Below, piece by piece: positions 24,319 through 32,000 of a DNA stretch of 32,000 nucleotides. Origin of the DNA: Cupriavidus necator (lineage in GTDB: Bacteria > Pseudomonadota > Gammaproteobacteria > Burkholderiales > Burkholderiaceae); the NCBI RefSeq assembly GCF_016127575.1, contig NZ_CP066019.1:510001-542000 (forward strand), given 5' to 3'. The notes under the pieces are model-generated. The model made no database searches. It was not told where the DNA came from and was given only the letters and a program-made list of their open reading frames with translations. A program made the translations under genes and the position numbers. Every line of letters starts with the position of its first letter. Positions within the stretch are counted from its first letter, which is position 1.

Positions 24319-26046
24319 ATGAGCAGTTCAACCGACAAGTTCTCGGCCACCATGCGCGATGGCCTGGCCGATCTTGCCCGCCGCCTGCGCTTCGCCATGG
24401 AGGAGGGTGCGATCTGGCTGGACGAGCAGCGCATGATCCTGATCCATACCGCCGCCCTGGGCGCGCTGCGCAAGGAACTGGTGGACACCCTGGGCATGGA
24501 GCGCGCGCGCGGCCTGTTCATGCGCATGGGCTTCCATTCGGGCATGCGCGATGCGGAGGTCGCGCGCAAGCTGCGCGCCGGCCACAGCGACTTCGGCCAG
24601 CTGGAGATCGGGCCCTGCCTGCATACCATCGAGGGGGTGGTGCGGGTCACGCCGGTCAAGGTCGACATCGACATCGCCGCCGGCATCTACGATGGCGAAT
24701 TCCTGTGGGAAGACTCCTTCGAGGGCGACGTCCACCGCCAGCTGTTCGGCATCGTCGACGAGCCTGCCTGCTGGATGCAGATCGGCTACGCCACCGGCTA
24801 CACCTCGGCGCTGATGGGGCGCACCATCCTGTACCGCGAGGTCGAGTGCATCGCCTGCGGCCATCCGCACTGCCGCATCATCGGCAAGCCGGTGGAAGCC
24901 TGGGAAGACGGCACGCAGGCGCTGGCGCTGTACCAGCCCGATCCCGTGATCGAAACCATCATCGCCTTGCAGAGCGAGGTAGAGCACCTGCGCGCGCTGC
25001 AGGGCACCCCGGCCACGCCGGCCGACCTGGTCGGCACCTCGCCCGGCTTCCGTGCCGCCTGGGGCCTGCTGCAGCGGGCCGCGGCCAGCAACGTGACGGT
25101 GCTGCTGCTGGGCGAGACCGGCGTGGGCAAGGAGCGGTTCGCGCAGGCGCTGCACAGCGTGAGCGGGCGCGCCGACAAGCCCTTCATTGCCGTGAACTGC
25201 GCGGCGATTCCCGATGAGCTGATCGAGTCCGAGCTGTTCGGCGTGGAAAAGGGCGCCTTCACCGGCGCCAGCCAGTCGCGCCCCGGGCGCTTCGAGCGTG
25301 CGCATGGCGGCACGCTGTTCCTGGACGAACTGGGCGAGCTGTCGGCCTCGGCCCAGTCCAAGCTGCTGCGCGTGCTGCAGGAAGGCGAGGTCGAGCGCGT
25401 GGGCGGCACCGGCACGCGCAAGGTGGATGTGCGGCTGGTGGCCGCCACCAATGTCGACCTGGCCGAAGCCGTGAAGCAGGGCACCTTCCGCAAGGACCTG
25501 TACTACCGCCTCAACGTCTACCCGGTCACGATCCCGCCGCTGCGCGAGCGCCTGGACGACATCCGGCCGCTGGCCGAGCGCTTCGTGGCCCGCTACGGCG
25601 CGCGCCACGGCAAGCGCATCGTCGGCATCACCGACCGCGCGCTGGCCGAGCTGCGCCACTATGACTGGCCCGGCAATGTGCGCGAACTGGAGAACGTGAT
25701 CGAGCGCGGCGTGATCCTGGCCAGCCAGGGCGGCCAGATCACCGCCGACCACCTGTTCCTGCCGGGCACCGTGGCACCGGTGGTGGATACCGCGCCGCGG
25801 CTGGGCGCGGGCGGCACCTTGCCAGACCTGCGCGAAGCCGCGGTCCATGCGCTGCTGGACCAGATGTCAGAGCAGCAGCTGGCGCTGGGCGACGTCGAGA
25901 CCGTGCTGATGGAGGCGGCCATGCAGCGCGCCGACGGCAACATGAGCCAGGCGGCGCGGTTGCTCGGCATTACGCGGCCGCAGCTGGCGTATCGGTGGAA
26001 GATGCGCGGTACGCGTGCCGGTAACGGGCACGGCAACGGTAACTGA
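24319..26046 (+). CDS. dmpR: Sigma-54-dependent, aromatic-effector-responsive activator of the XylR/DmpR (NtrC) family
   Basis: The N-terminal XylR_N/V4R-type sensor region is [43 protein letters not shown]. The AAA+ core has GETGVGKE and the GAFTGA loop (EKGAFTGA). The C-terminal HTH is [21 protein letters not shown]. The gene lies directly upstream of the phenol hydroxylase operon. Confidence 0.9.
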   Translation: MSSSTDKFSATMRDGLADLARRLRFAMEEGAIWLDEQRMILIHTAALGALRKELVDTLGMERARGLFMRMGFHSGMRDAEVARKLRAGHSDFGQLEIGPCLHTIEGVVRVTPVKVDIDIAAGIYDGEFLWEDSFEGDVHRQLFGIVDEPACWMQIGYATGYTSALMGRTILYREVECIACGHPHCRIIGKPVEAWEDGTQALALYQPDPVIETIIALQSEVEHLRALQGTPATPADLVGTSPGFRAAWGLLQRAAASNVTVLLLGETGVGKERFAQALHSVSGRADKPFIAVNCAAIPDELIESELFGVEKGAFTGASQSRPGRFERAHGGTLFLDELGELSASAQSKLLRVLQEGEVERVGGTGTRKVDVRLVAATNVDLAEAVKQGTFRKDLYYRLNVYPVTIPPLRERLDDIRPLAERFVARYGARHGKRIVGITDRALAELRHYDWPGNVRELENVIERGVILASQGGQITADHLFLPGTVAPVVDTAPRLGAGGTLPDLREAAVHALLDQMSEQQLALGDVETVLMEAAMQRADGNMSQAARLLGITRPQLAYRWKMRGTRAGNGHGNGN

Positions 26047-26078
26047 CGCCGTTTCCTCGCCTCAAGTGCCGAGGGTTT

Positions 26079-26109
26079 GCTCCCCTCTCCCGCTTGCGGG
26101 AGAGGGAGC
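26079..26109. repeat. GC-rich imperfect palindrome (REP-like hairpin) just downstream of the activator gene
   Basis: gctcccctctcccgc-tt-gcgggagagggagc forms a 14-bp stem with one bulged base. There is no T-tract. It resembles the palindromic intergenic elements common in Cupriavidus/Burkholderia genomes, which is my recollection and not verified. Confidence 0.4.
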
Positions 26110-26360
26110 GCGCCGGTGGTCATCAACATCGATCGCGTCTTCCACGCGCCTCGAATTCCAGCTTCTTCCCCACTTGATCATTTGATGCAGCCCCTCCGGG
26201 CCGCGCATCGGCCCGAAGTTGCCCGATGCTGCACCGCGCCAGCGATTTTTCCCTGCCAGATCAAGTCTTCTCACCCAGGTTGCCCACGCACGCTGCTGCG
26301 CCGCAGGGCAATCCCATCCGCATCTGCTCGCTGCCCGCAAACGCCCGCCCGGCGCGGCTT

Positions 26361-26406
26361 TTGATCATTTGATCAAGACCTGTGCGCAGCTTCATCAATT
26401 CATCGA
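26361..26406 (+). promoter_or_regulatory. Two candidate DmpR/XylR-type upstream activator sites (UAS)
   Basis: TTGATCATTTGATCAA (26361-26376, dyad-symmetric) and TTCATCAATTCATCGA (26391-26406) have centres 30 bp apart. They lie roughly 100-130 bp upstream of the -24 element. This geometry and the TTGATCA-type half-sites match the UAS layout of the Pu/Po promoters. Confidence 0.55.
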
Positions 26407-26494
26407 TGCGTTTCGCGCGGACCTTTCCGGGTTAACGCGCACGCTCGCCATCGCCGATTCCCCGTAACCCTTGTCCCACAACGCTTCGCGCTTG

Positions 26495-26510
26495 CTGGCA
26501 CGGTCTTCGC
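26495..26510 (+). promoter_or_regulatory. Sigma-54 (-24/-12) promoter of the phenol hydroxylase operon
   Basis: TGGCACGGTCTTCGCA reads as GG-N10-GC with one mismatch to the TGGCAC-N5-TTGC consensus. It sits about 40 bp upstream of the dmpK-like ATG and downstream of a sigma-54 activator gene. Confidence 0.7.
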
Positions 26511-26548
26511 AGTAAGGCCTGCGTCCAGCCAACGCAACGGAGCGCGCC

Positions 26549-26773
26549 ATGAACACCCCGTCGGTTCCCCTGTTCGAAGCCACGCCGCGCTATGTGCGGG
26601 TCGAGGGCCGCACCCCCGAAGGGTTTGTGCAGTTCGCCTTCAGCGTGGCCGACCCGGAGCTCAACGTCGAACTGATCATGCCGGAACCGATGTTCGAAGC
26701 CTTCTGCTGCGTCAACCGCGTGCGCTTCCTGCCCCCGCTGGAAACCGCGCCGCAGCCGCAAGCCGACGACTGA
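26549..26773 (+). CDS. dmpK: Phenol hydroxylase P0 subunit (assembly protein, DmpK-like)
   Basis: A 74-aa ORF is the first gene of the operon and has GGAG 7 nt upstream. Position and size fit the DmpK/PoxA class. Sequence recognition is weaker than for the other subunits. Confidence 0.7.
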   Translation: MNTPSVPLFEATPRYVRVEGRTPEGFVQFAFSVADPELNVELIMPEPMFEAFCCVNRVRFLPPLETAPQPQADD

Positions 26774-26823
26774 CGCCGCAGCCACCGCATCACAAAGAGA
26801 GAAGGGATACAGGAGACCAAGCG

Positions 26824-27819
26824 ATGCAAGTCGATATCAAGACCCAGCAGATCCAGCCGCTGCGCCAGACCTACGGCCATGTCGCGCGCCGCTTCGGCGA
26901 CAAGCCGGCGTCGCGCTACCAGGAGGCGACCTACGACGTGCAGTCTGAGGTGAACTTCCACTACCGCCCCACCTGGGACCCAGGCTTCGAGCTGTATGAC
27001 AAGCGCCGCACGGCGATCGTGATGCAGGACTGGTACGCGCTGAAAGACCCGCGCCAGTTCTACTACGGCGCCTACGTGACCGCGCGTGGGCGCCAGCAGG
27101 ATGCAACCGAAAAGAGCTTTGCCTTCGTCGAGAAGCGCGGGCTGCTGCAGGCGCTGCCGGCCGAATGGCAGGAACGCCTGGCCGTTGGCCTGCTGCCGCT
27201 GCGCCATGTGGAGTGGGGCGCCAACATGAACAACTTCTACTGCGCCGACTATGGCTGGGGCACGGCCATCACGCAGGCCTGCACCTATTGCGCGATGGAC
27301 CGCCTGGGTATCGCCCAATACCTGTCGCGCATCGGCATGCTGCTGGACGGCAATACCGGCGTGGCGCTGGAGCGGGCCAGGGTGGCCTGGCTGGAGAGCG
27401 CCGCGTGGCAGCCGCTGCGCCGCTTTGTCGAGCACACCTTTGTCACCGGGGACTGGTTCGAGACCTTCGTCGCACAGAACCTGGTGCTCGACGGACTGCT
27501 CTACCCGCTGGTCTACCAGCATGCCGACGCGGTGATCGCGCGCGCCTGCGGCACCGGGCTGGCGGTGCTGACCGAATTCATGAACGACTGGCGCGACGAG
27601 CACGCACGCTGGGTCGATGCCGTGATCCAGGCCGCAGCGGCCGAGTCCGACGCCAACCGCGCGCTGCTGTCGGGCTGGGCGCGCGCCGCCTGCGCCGAGG
27701 TGGCGCAGGCGCTGGTGCCGGTGGCCGATGCGCTCACCGGCGAAGACGGCGCGCAGATGGTGGCGCTGTGCCGCGAGCAGTTCGAAGTCCGCCTGGGCAG
27801 GCTCGGCCTGGCTGCCTGA
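26824..27819 (+). CDS. dmpL: Phenol hydroxylase P1 (beta) subunit
   Basis: 331 aa. MQVDIKTQQIQPLRQTYGHVARRFGDKPASRYQEATYDVQSEVNFHYRPTWDP...DWYALKDPRQFYYGAYV is typical of DmpL-type subunits. Confidence 0.9.
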   Translation: MQVDIKTQQIQPLRQTYGHVARRFGDKPASRYQEATYDVQSEVNFHYRPTWDPGFELYDKRRTAIVMQDWYALKDPRQFYYGAYVTARGRQQDATEKSFAFVEKRGLLQALPAEWQERLAVGLLPLRHVEWGANMNNFYCADYGWGTAITQACTYCAMDRLGIAQYLSRIGMLLDGNTGVALERARVAWLESAAWQPLRRFVEHTFVTGDWFETFVAQNLVLDGLLYPLVYQHADAVIARACGTGLAVLTEFMNDWRDEHARWVDAVIQAAAAESDANRALLSGWARAACAEVAQALVPVADALTGEDGAQMVALCREQFEVRLGRLGLAA

Positions 27820-27851
27820 TCCGCCCACGACGTACCCCACGGAGACACGCC

Positions 27852-28133
27852 ATGTCAGCCACCGCTGCCAACGTCTATATCGCCCTGCAGAACAACGACG
27901 ACACCCGACCCATCATCGACGCCATCACCGAGGCCAACCCGCATGCGGTGGTGTCGCAGTTTCCCGCCATGGTCAAGATCGACGCCCCCGGCCACCTGAC
28001 CATCGTGCGCGAACTGGTGGCCGGCAAGCTCGGCCGCGACTGGGACCTGCAGGAGATCCACCTGAACCTGATCTCGCTGTGCGGAAACATCGACGAAGAC
28101 GAAGACGCCTTCACGCTGCGCTGGAACGCCTGA
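27852..28133 (+). CDS. dmpM: Phenol hydroxylase P2 (regulatory/effector, MmoB/DmpM family)
   Basis: 93 aa. VYIALQNNDDTRPIIDAITEANPHAVVSQFPAMVKIDAPGHLTI...WDLQEIHLNLISLCGNIDEDEDAFTLRW. The ATG at 27852 lies within a longer out-of-context track ORF (27165..28133). Confidence 0.9.
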   Translation: MSATAANVYIALQNNDDTRPIIDAITEANPHAVVSQFPAMVKIDAPGHLTIVRELVAGKLGRDWDLQEIHLNLISLCGNIDEDEDAFTLRWNA

Positions 28134-28168
28134 CCGGGCAGCGGCACACAGAACATCACGGAGACATC

Positions 28169-29689
28169 ATGGACGCACGCAAGAAGCTCAACCTGCGCGA
28201 GAAGTACGCCTCGATGACGCGGGACCTGGCCTGGGAAACGACCTACGAGCCGATGGACAAGGTCTTCCCGTTCGACAAGTACGAGGGCATCCGCATCCAC
28301 GACTGGGACAAATGGGAAGACCCGTTCCGCATGACCATGGATGCCTACTGGAAGTACCAGTCGGAGAAGGAGCGCAAGCTGTACGCGATCATCGACTCGT
28401 TCGTGCAGAACAACGGCCACCTGAACGTATCCGACCCGCGCTACCTGAACGCGCTGCGGTTGTTCCTGACCGGCGTGACGCCGCTGGAATACGCCGCCCA
28501 CCGCGGCTACGCGCACCTGGGCCGCCATTTCCGCGGCGCCGGCGCGCGCGTGGCGGCGCAGATGCAGTCGGTCGACGAGCTGCGCCACGCCCAGACCCAG
28601 CTGCACACGCTGTCGGTCTACAACAAGTACTTCCACGGCTTTGGCGAATGGCGCCACATGCACGACCGGGTCTGGTACCTGTCGGTGCCCAAGTCCTACT
28701 TCGAGGACGCGATGAGCGCGGGGCCGTTCGAGTTCATCACCGCGATCTCGTTCTCGTTCGAGTATGTGCTGACCAACCTGCTGTTCATGCCGTTCATGTC
28801 CGGCGCCGCCTACAACGGCGACATGGCCACGGTGACCTTCGGCTTCTCCGCGCAGTCCGACGAGTCGCGCCACATGACGCTGGGCCTGGAAGTGGTCAAG
28901 TTCCTGTGCGAGCAGGACCCCGGCAATATCCCGATCCTGCAGAAGTGGCTGGACAAGTGGTTCTGGCGCGGCTTCCGACTGCTCACGCTGGTCGGCATGA
29001 TGATGGACTACATGCTGCCCAAGCGCGTGATGTCGTGGGCCGAGGCCTGGGAGATGTACTTCGAGCAGGCGGGCGGGGCCCTGTTCAAGGATCTGGAGCG
29101 CTACGGCCTGCGCATGCCCAAGTACCACGAAGTGGCCACCAGGACCAAGGACCGCATCACGCACGAGGCCTGGGCCACCTTCTACAACTACGCGGGCGCC
29201 GCCGGCTTCCACACCTGGGTGCCCAAGGCCGACGAGATGGCATGGCTGGCCGAGAAGTACCCCCAGACCTTCGAGCGCTACTACAAGCCGCGCCTGGACC
29301 ACTGGCAGGAGCGCCAGCAGGCCGGCGAGCGCTTCTACAACACCACGCTGCCGATGCTGTGCCAGACCTGCCAGATCCCGATGGTGTTCTCGGAGCCGGA
29401 CGACCCGACCCAGACCTGCTACCGCGAAAGCAGCTACCACGGCATGAAGTTCCATTTCTGCTCGGACGGCTGCAAGGACATCTTCGACGACGAGCCCGCC
29501 AAGTACGCGCAGGCCTGGCTGCCGGTGCACCAGATCTACCAGGGCAACTGCGGCGGCGCCACGCTGGAGGACGTGCTCAAGTGGTACCGGCTGAACCCGG
29601 GCGCTGACAACCTCGACTTCGAGGGCTCGCAGGACCAGCGCAACTGGAACGCGTGGAAGGGCATCGGGCCTGCCGCGGACGCCGCCTGA
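28169..29689 (+). CDS. dmpN: Phenol hydroxylase P3 (alpha, diiron oxygenase) subunit
   Basis: 506 aa. The diiron ligand motifs are VDELRH and SDESRH. The C-terminal Cys cluster is CQTCQIP...HFCSDGC. The N-terminus MDARKKLNLREKYASMTRDLAWETTYEP is typical of the family. Confidence 0.95.
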   Translation: MDARKKLNLREKYASMTRDLAWETTYEPMDKVFPFDKYEGIRIHDWDKWEDPFRMTMDAYWKYQSEKERKLYAIIDSFVQNNGHLNVSDPRYLNALRLFLTGVTPLEYAAHRGYAHLGRHFRGAGARVAAQMQSVDELRHAQTQLHTLSVYNKYFHGFGEWRHMHDRVWYLSVPKSYFEDAMSAGPFEFITAISFSFEYVLTNLLFMPFMSGAAYNGDMATVTFGFSAQSDESRHMTLGLEVVKFLCEQDPGNIPILQKWLDKWFWRGFRLLTLVGMMMDYMLPKRVMSWAEAWEMYFEQAGGALFKDLERYGLRMPKYHEVATRTKDRITHEAWATFYNYAGAAGFHTWVPKADEMAWLAEKYPQTFERYYKPRLDHWQERQQAGERFYNTTLPMLCQTCQIPMVFSEPDDPTQTCYRESSYHGMKFHFCSDGCKDIFDDEPAKYAQAWLPVHQIYQGNCGGATLEDVLKWYRLNPGADNLDFEGSQDQRNWNAWKGIGPAADAA

Positions 29690-29721
29690 AGCGGCCCCCA
29701 TCACAAGACAAGGAGACAACC

Positions 29722-30081
29722 ATGCCCGTCGTATCCATCGGCGACTACGCCTTCGAGGCGGCCGACCGCGAGGCCGTGTTCCACGGCAACCGGCTGCTCT
29801 ATATCGGCTGGGACGGCCACCTGCTGTTCTGCGCGCCGCATTGCTTCCCGTTCCCGCCGTCGATGCCGCTGCGCGACGTGGTCGACAAGGTGCTGCCCGG
29901 CGTCTACGGCTACCACCCCGACTTTGCCCGCATCGACTGGGGCCAGGTGCAGTGGCTGCGCGGCGGCCAGCCCTGGCAGCCCGACCTGGACCGCTCGCTG
30001 GAAGAGAACGGCCTGGGCCACAAGGACGTGATCCGCTTCCGCACGCCGGGGCTGGACGGCATCGGCGGCAGCCGCAGCTGA
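29722..30081 (+). CDS. dmpO: Phenol hydroxylase P4 (gamma) subunit
   Basis: 119 aa. MPVVSIGDYAFEAADREAVFHGNRLLYIGWDGHLLFCAP. Size and position match DmpO. Confidence 0.85.
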   Translation: MPVVSIGDYAFEAADREAVFHGNRLLYIGWDGHLLFCAPHCFPFPPSMPLRDVVDKVLPGVYGYHPDFARIDWGQVQWLRGGQPWQPDLDRSLEENGLGHKDVIRFRTPGLDGIGGSRS

Positions 30082-30118
30082 GGCGCATGGTCGAACGCAC
30101 CACCGGAAGGAGACCAAG

Positions 30119-31186
30119 ATGTATTCGCTGACCATTGAACCGATCGGGCAGACCATCCCCATCGCTCCCGGGCAGACCGTGCTGGACGCCTGCCTGCGCA
30201 ACGGCGTGTGGCTGCCCCATGCCTGCTGCCACGGGCTGTGCGCCACCTGCAAGGTGCAGGTGGTGGACGGCGAGGTCGAGCAGGGCGAGGCCTCCAGCTT
30301 CGCGCTGATGGATTTCGAGCGCGACAACGGCCAGTGCCTGGCCTGCTGCGCGACCGCGCAGTCGGACCTGGTGATCGAGGCCGACATCGAGGAAGACGCC
30401 GATGCGCTGGGCCTGCCGCTGGCCGACTATCGCGCCGAAGTTGTCGAGACGCGCGCCCTGACGCCCACCATCCTGGGCATCTGGCTGCGTGTGAAGGATG
30501 GTGGACGCACGACCTTCCAGGCCGGTCAGTACGTCAACCTGAACGTGCCGGGCTGCGACCAGCCGCGTGCGTTCTCGCTGGCCAACGCGCCGGGCGACGA
30601 GCTGGTCGAGCTGCACGTGCGGCGCGTGCCGGACGGGCAGGCCACCGGCTACCTGCACGACCAGCTGGCGGTCGGCGACGAATTGTCGTTCTCAGCGCCC
30701 TATGGCCGCTTCTTCGTGCGCAAGTCGGCGCAGGTGCCGATGCTGTTCCTCGCGGGCGGCTCCGGCCTGTCCAGCCCGCGCGCGATGATCCTGGACCTGC
30801 TGGCCGCCGGCGAGACCCTGCCGATGACGCTGGTGCAGGGCGCGCGCAACCGCGGCGAGCTGTACTACGACGCCGAGTTCCAGGCACTGGCGCAGGCCCA
30901 CCCCAACTTCCGCTACGTGCCCGCGCTGTCGGACGAACCCGCCGACAGCGGCTGGAGCGGCGCGCGCGGCTACGTGCATGACGTGCTGCACCAGCTCTAC
31001 GCGCAGGACGGCAATGCCGACTTCCGCGGCCACAAGGCCTACCTGTGCGGGCCGCCGCCGATGATCGAGGCTTGCATCCGCACGCTGATGCAGGGCCGGC
31101 TGTTCGAGGCGGATATCCACACCGAGAAGTTCCTGTCCGCGGCCGATGCGCAGAACAGCGCGCGCAGTCCGCTGTTCAAGATCTGA
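30119..31186 (+). CDS. dmpP: Phenol hydroxylase P5 reductase (2Fe-2S ferredoxin plus FAD/NAD(P)H oxidoreductase)
   Basis: 355 aa. The plant-type 2Fe-2S Cys pattern is ACCHGLCATCKV...CLACC. The flavin motif is RAFSLAN and the NAD motif is FLAGGSGLSSPR. Confidence 0.95.
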   Translation: MYSLTIEPIGQTIPIAPGQTVLDACLRNGVWLPHACCHGLCATCKVQVVDGEVEQGEASSFALMDFERDNGQCLACCATAQSDLVIEADIEEDADALGLPLADYRAEVVETRALTPTILGIWLRVKDGGRTTFQAGQYVNLNVPGCDQPRAFSLANAPGDELVELHVRRVPDGQATGYLHDQLAVGDELSFSAPYGRFFVRKSAQVPMLFLAGGSGLSSPRAMILDLLAAGETLPMTLVQGARNRGELYYDAEFQALAQAHPNFRYVPALSDEPADSGWSGARGYVHDVLHQLYAQDGNADFRGHKAYLCGPPPMIEACIRTLMQGRLFEADIHTEKFLSAADAQNSARSPLFKI

Positions 31187-31197
31187 GGAGGCCGGCC

Positions 31198-31521
31198 ATG
31201 CATACCGTCGAGATCGCCGGCAGCGGGCTGCGCTACCCCTGCGCGGCGGAGCAGAACCTGCTGCGGGCCATGGAAGTGCTGGGCCAGCGCGGCATCCCCG
31301 CCGGCTGCCGCGGCGGCGGCTGCGGCGTGTGCAAGGTCCGCATCGAAGCCGGCGACTTTCACGCCGGCAAGATGAGCCGCGCCTGCCTGTCCGAAGCGGA
31401 GCAGCGCGACGGACTGGTGCTGGCCTGCAAGACCTACCCGGACAGCGATATCCGCCTGCGGCCGGTGGCCCTGCTGCAGCGCTGCCTGGAAAAGCAGCGG
31501 TGGCGCGAACAGGGCCGGTAG
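31198..31521 (+). CDS. dmpQ: Plant-type [2Fe-2S] ferredoxin (XylT/DmpQ-like, catechol 2,3-dioxygenase reactivation)
   Basis: 107 aa. GCRGGGCGVCKVRIEAGDF...GLVLACKTYP. It lies between the reductase gene and the extradiol dioxygenase gene, as in dmp/xyl operons. Confidence 0.85.
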   Translation: MHTVEIAGSGLRYPCAAEQNLLRAMEVLGQRGIPAGCRGGGCGVCKVRIEAGDFHAGKMSRACLSEAEQRDGLVLACKTYPDSDIRLRPVALLQRCLEKQRWREQGR

Positions 31522-31592
31522 CACGCAAACGAAGCACAAGCAAGGAAGGTGGCACCCACACAACGCCACCCCACCACACCAGGAGACCCATC

Positions 31593-32000
31593 ATGGCATT
31601 GACAGGCGTATTGCGACCGGGGCATGTAGCCCTGCGCGTGCTGGAGCTGGAACCGGCGCTGAAACACTACACCGAGGTACTCGGCTTGATCGAAACCGCG
31701 CGCGATGCGCAGGGCCGGGTGTTCCTGAAGGCATGGGACGAGCACGACCACCACAGCGTGGTGCTGCGCGAGGCCGACAGTCCGGGCATGGACTACATGG
31801 GTTTTCGCGTCGACAGCGGCCACACGCTGGAGCGGCTGGCGCAGGAGGTGGAGCAATCCGGCCTGGCCAGCGATTGCAAGTGGATCGCCGCGGGCGAGCA
31901 CCCGCATACCGGCGTGCGCTTTCGCTTCACCATCCCGACAGGGCATGCGATCGAACTCTTTGCCGACAAGGACAAGCTTGGCTGCAAGACCGGCGACCTC
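31593..32000 (+). CDS. dmpB: Catechol 2,3-dioxygenase (extradiol, type I), N-terminal 136 codons; continues past the right edge
   Basis: It is not in the ORF track because no stop falls in the window. My own translation from the ATG at 31593 (AGGAGA upstream) is MALTGVLRPGHVALRVLELEPALKHYTEVLGLIETARDAQGRVFLKAWDEHDHHSVVLREADSPGMDYMGFRV...TIPTGHAIELFADKD, typical of XylE/DmpB-type enzymes. Confidence 0.9.
   Translation, partial: MALTGVLRPGHVALRVLELEPALKHYTEVLGLIETARDAQGRVFLKAWDEHDHHSVVLREADSPGMDYMGFRVDSGHTLERLAQEVEQSGLASDCKWIAAGEHPHTGVRFRFTIPTGHAIELFADKDKLGCKTGDL

Noticed and set aside
24328-25848. 506-aa minus-strand ORF, and similar ORFs at 4500..5705, 5156..6571, 6584..7567, 9653..10669, 17016..18011, 22199..23077, 23176..24306 and 26590..27840
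   Set aside because: All are antisense or out-of-frame overlaps of genes with clear family signatures. All have the Arg/Ala/Gly/Pro/His-rich composition expected from non-coding frames in GC-rich DNA.
26077-26467. Small ORFs (95, 82 and 92 aa) in the 500-bp gap between the activator gene and dmpK
   Set aside because: They overlap the REP-like hairpin, the UAS-like sites and the sigma-54 promoter region. They are Pro/Arg/Ala-rich with no SD sequences. The region is better explained as an enhancer-promoter.
27875-30658. 927-aa minus-strand ORF
   Set aside because: It is antisense to the dmpM/N/O/P-like genes and spans several of their intergenic gaps. It is a low-complexity Arg/Ala/Gly/Pro product.
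1-32000. Mobile genetic element, prophage, tRNA/rRNA or CRISPR content
   Set aside because: None of the translated frames shows transposase, integrase, recombinase or phage structural motifs. No tRNA-like cloverleaf sequence or rRNA signature was seen in the intergenic regions. The only rearrangement evidence is the crotonase remnant.

Overview
The window is high-GC (about 65-70% by eye) and resembles a betaproteobacterial, Cupriavidus/Ralstonia-type catabolic or accessory chromosomal region. That placement is an inference from composition, the Bug/TctC-type binding proteins and the gene content. I ran no database search; all calls rest on reading the six-frame translations for family motifs.

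Gene content, left to right:
- (1) A minus-strand operon runs off the left edge. It encodes a DUF3348-like protein, then a 1045-aa membrane protein with a MotA/ExbB-like 4-TM N-terminus and a long Ala/Gln/Glu-rich tail containing five tandem 87-aa repeats (DUF802-like). A MotB/OmpA-like partner follows, translationally coupled to it.
- (2) A glutathione S-transferase.
- (3) A LuxR-type response regulator and a hybrid histidine kinase.
- (4) A DUF1254/DUF1214 lipoprotein and a VOC/glyoxalase-family protein.
- (5) An SsuA-like binding protein, two LysR regulators, an amidase, and a Bug binding protein with a D-aminoacylase.
- (6) A secreted MBL-fold hydrolase.
- (7) A small lipoprotein and a Tat-exported non-hemolytic phospholipase C.
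- (8) A truncated enoyl-CoA hydratase remnant.
- (9) Divergent catR-catB, followed by another Bug binding protein.
- (10) A DmpR/XylR-family sigma-54 activator, a sigma-54 promoter with upstream activator sites, a complete multicomponent phenol hydroxylase (dmpKLMNOP-like), a ferredoxin, and the 5' part of a catechol 2,3-dioxygenase that runs off the right edge.

I found no tRNA or rRNA genes, CRISPR arrays, transposases or integrases. The many long Arg/Ala/Gly/Pro-rich ORFs antisense to these genes are high-GC shadow ORFs.

The most interesting element is the MotA-like/long-tail plus MotB-like module at 1-4063. Its architecture parallels ZorA/ZorB of the Zorya defence system, but its partner genes differ and are uncharacterised.
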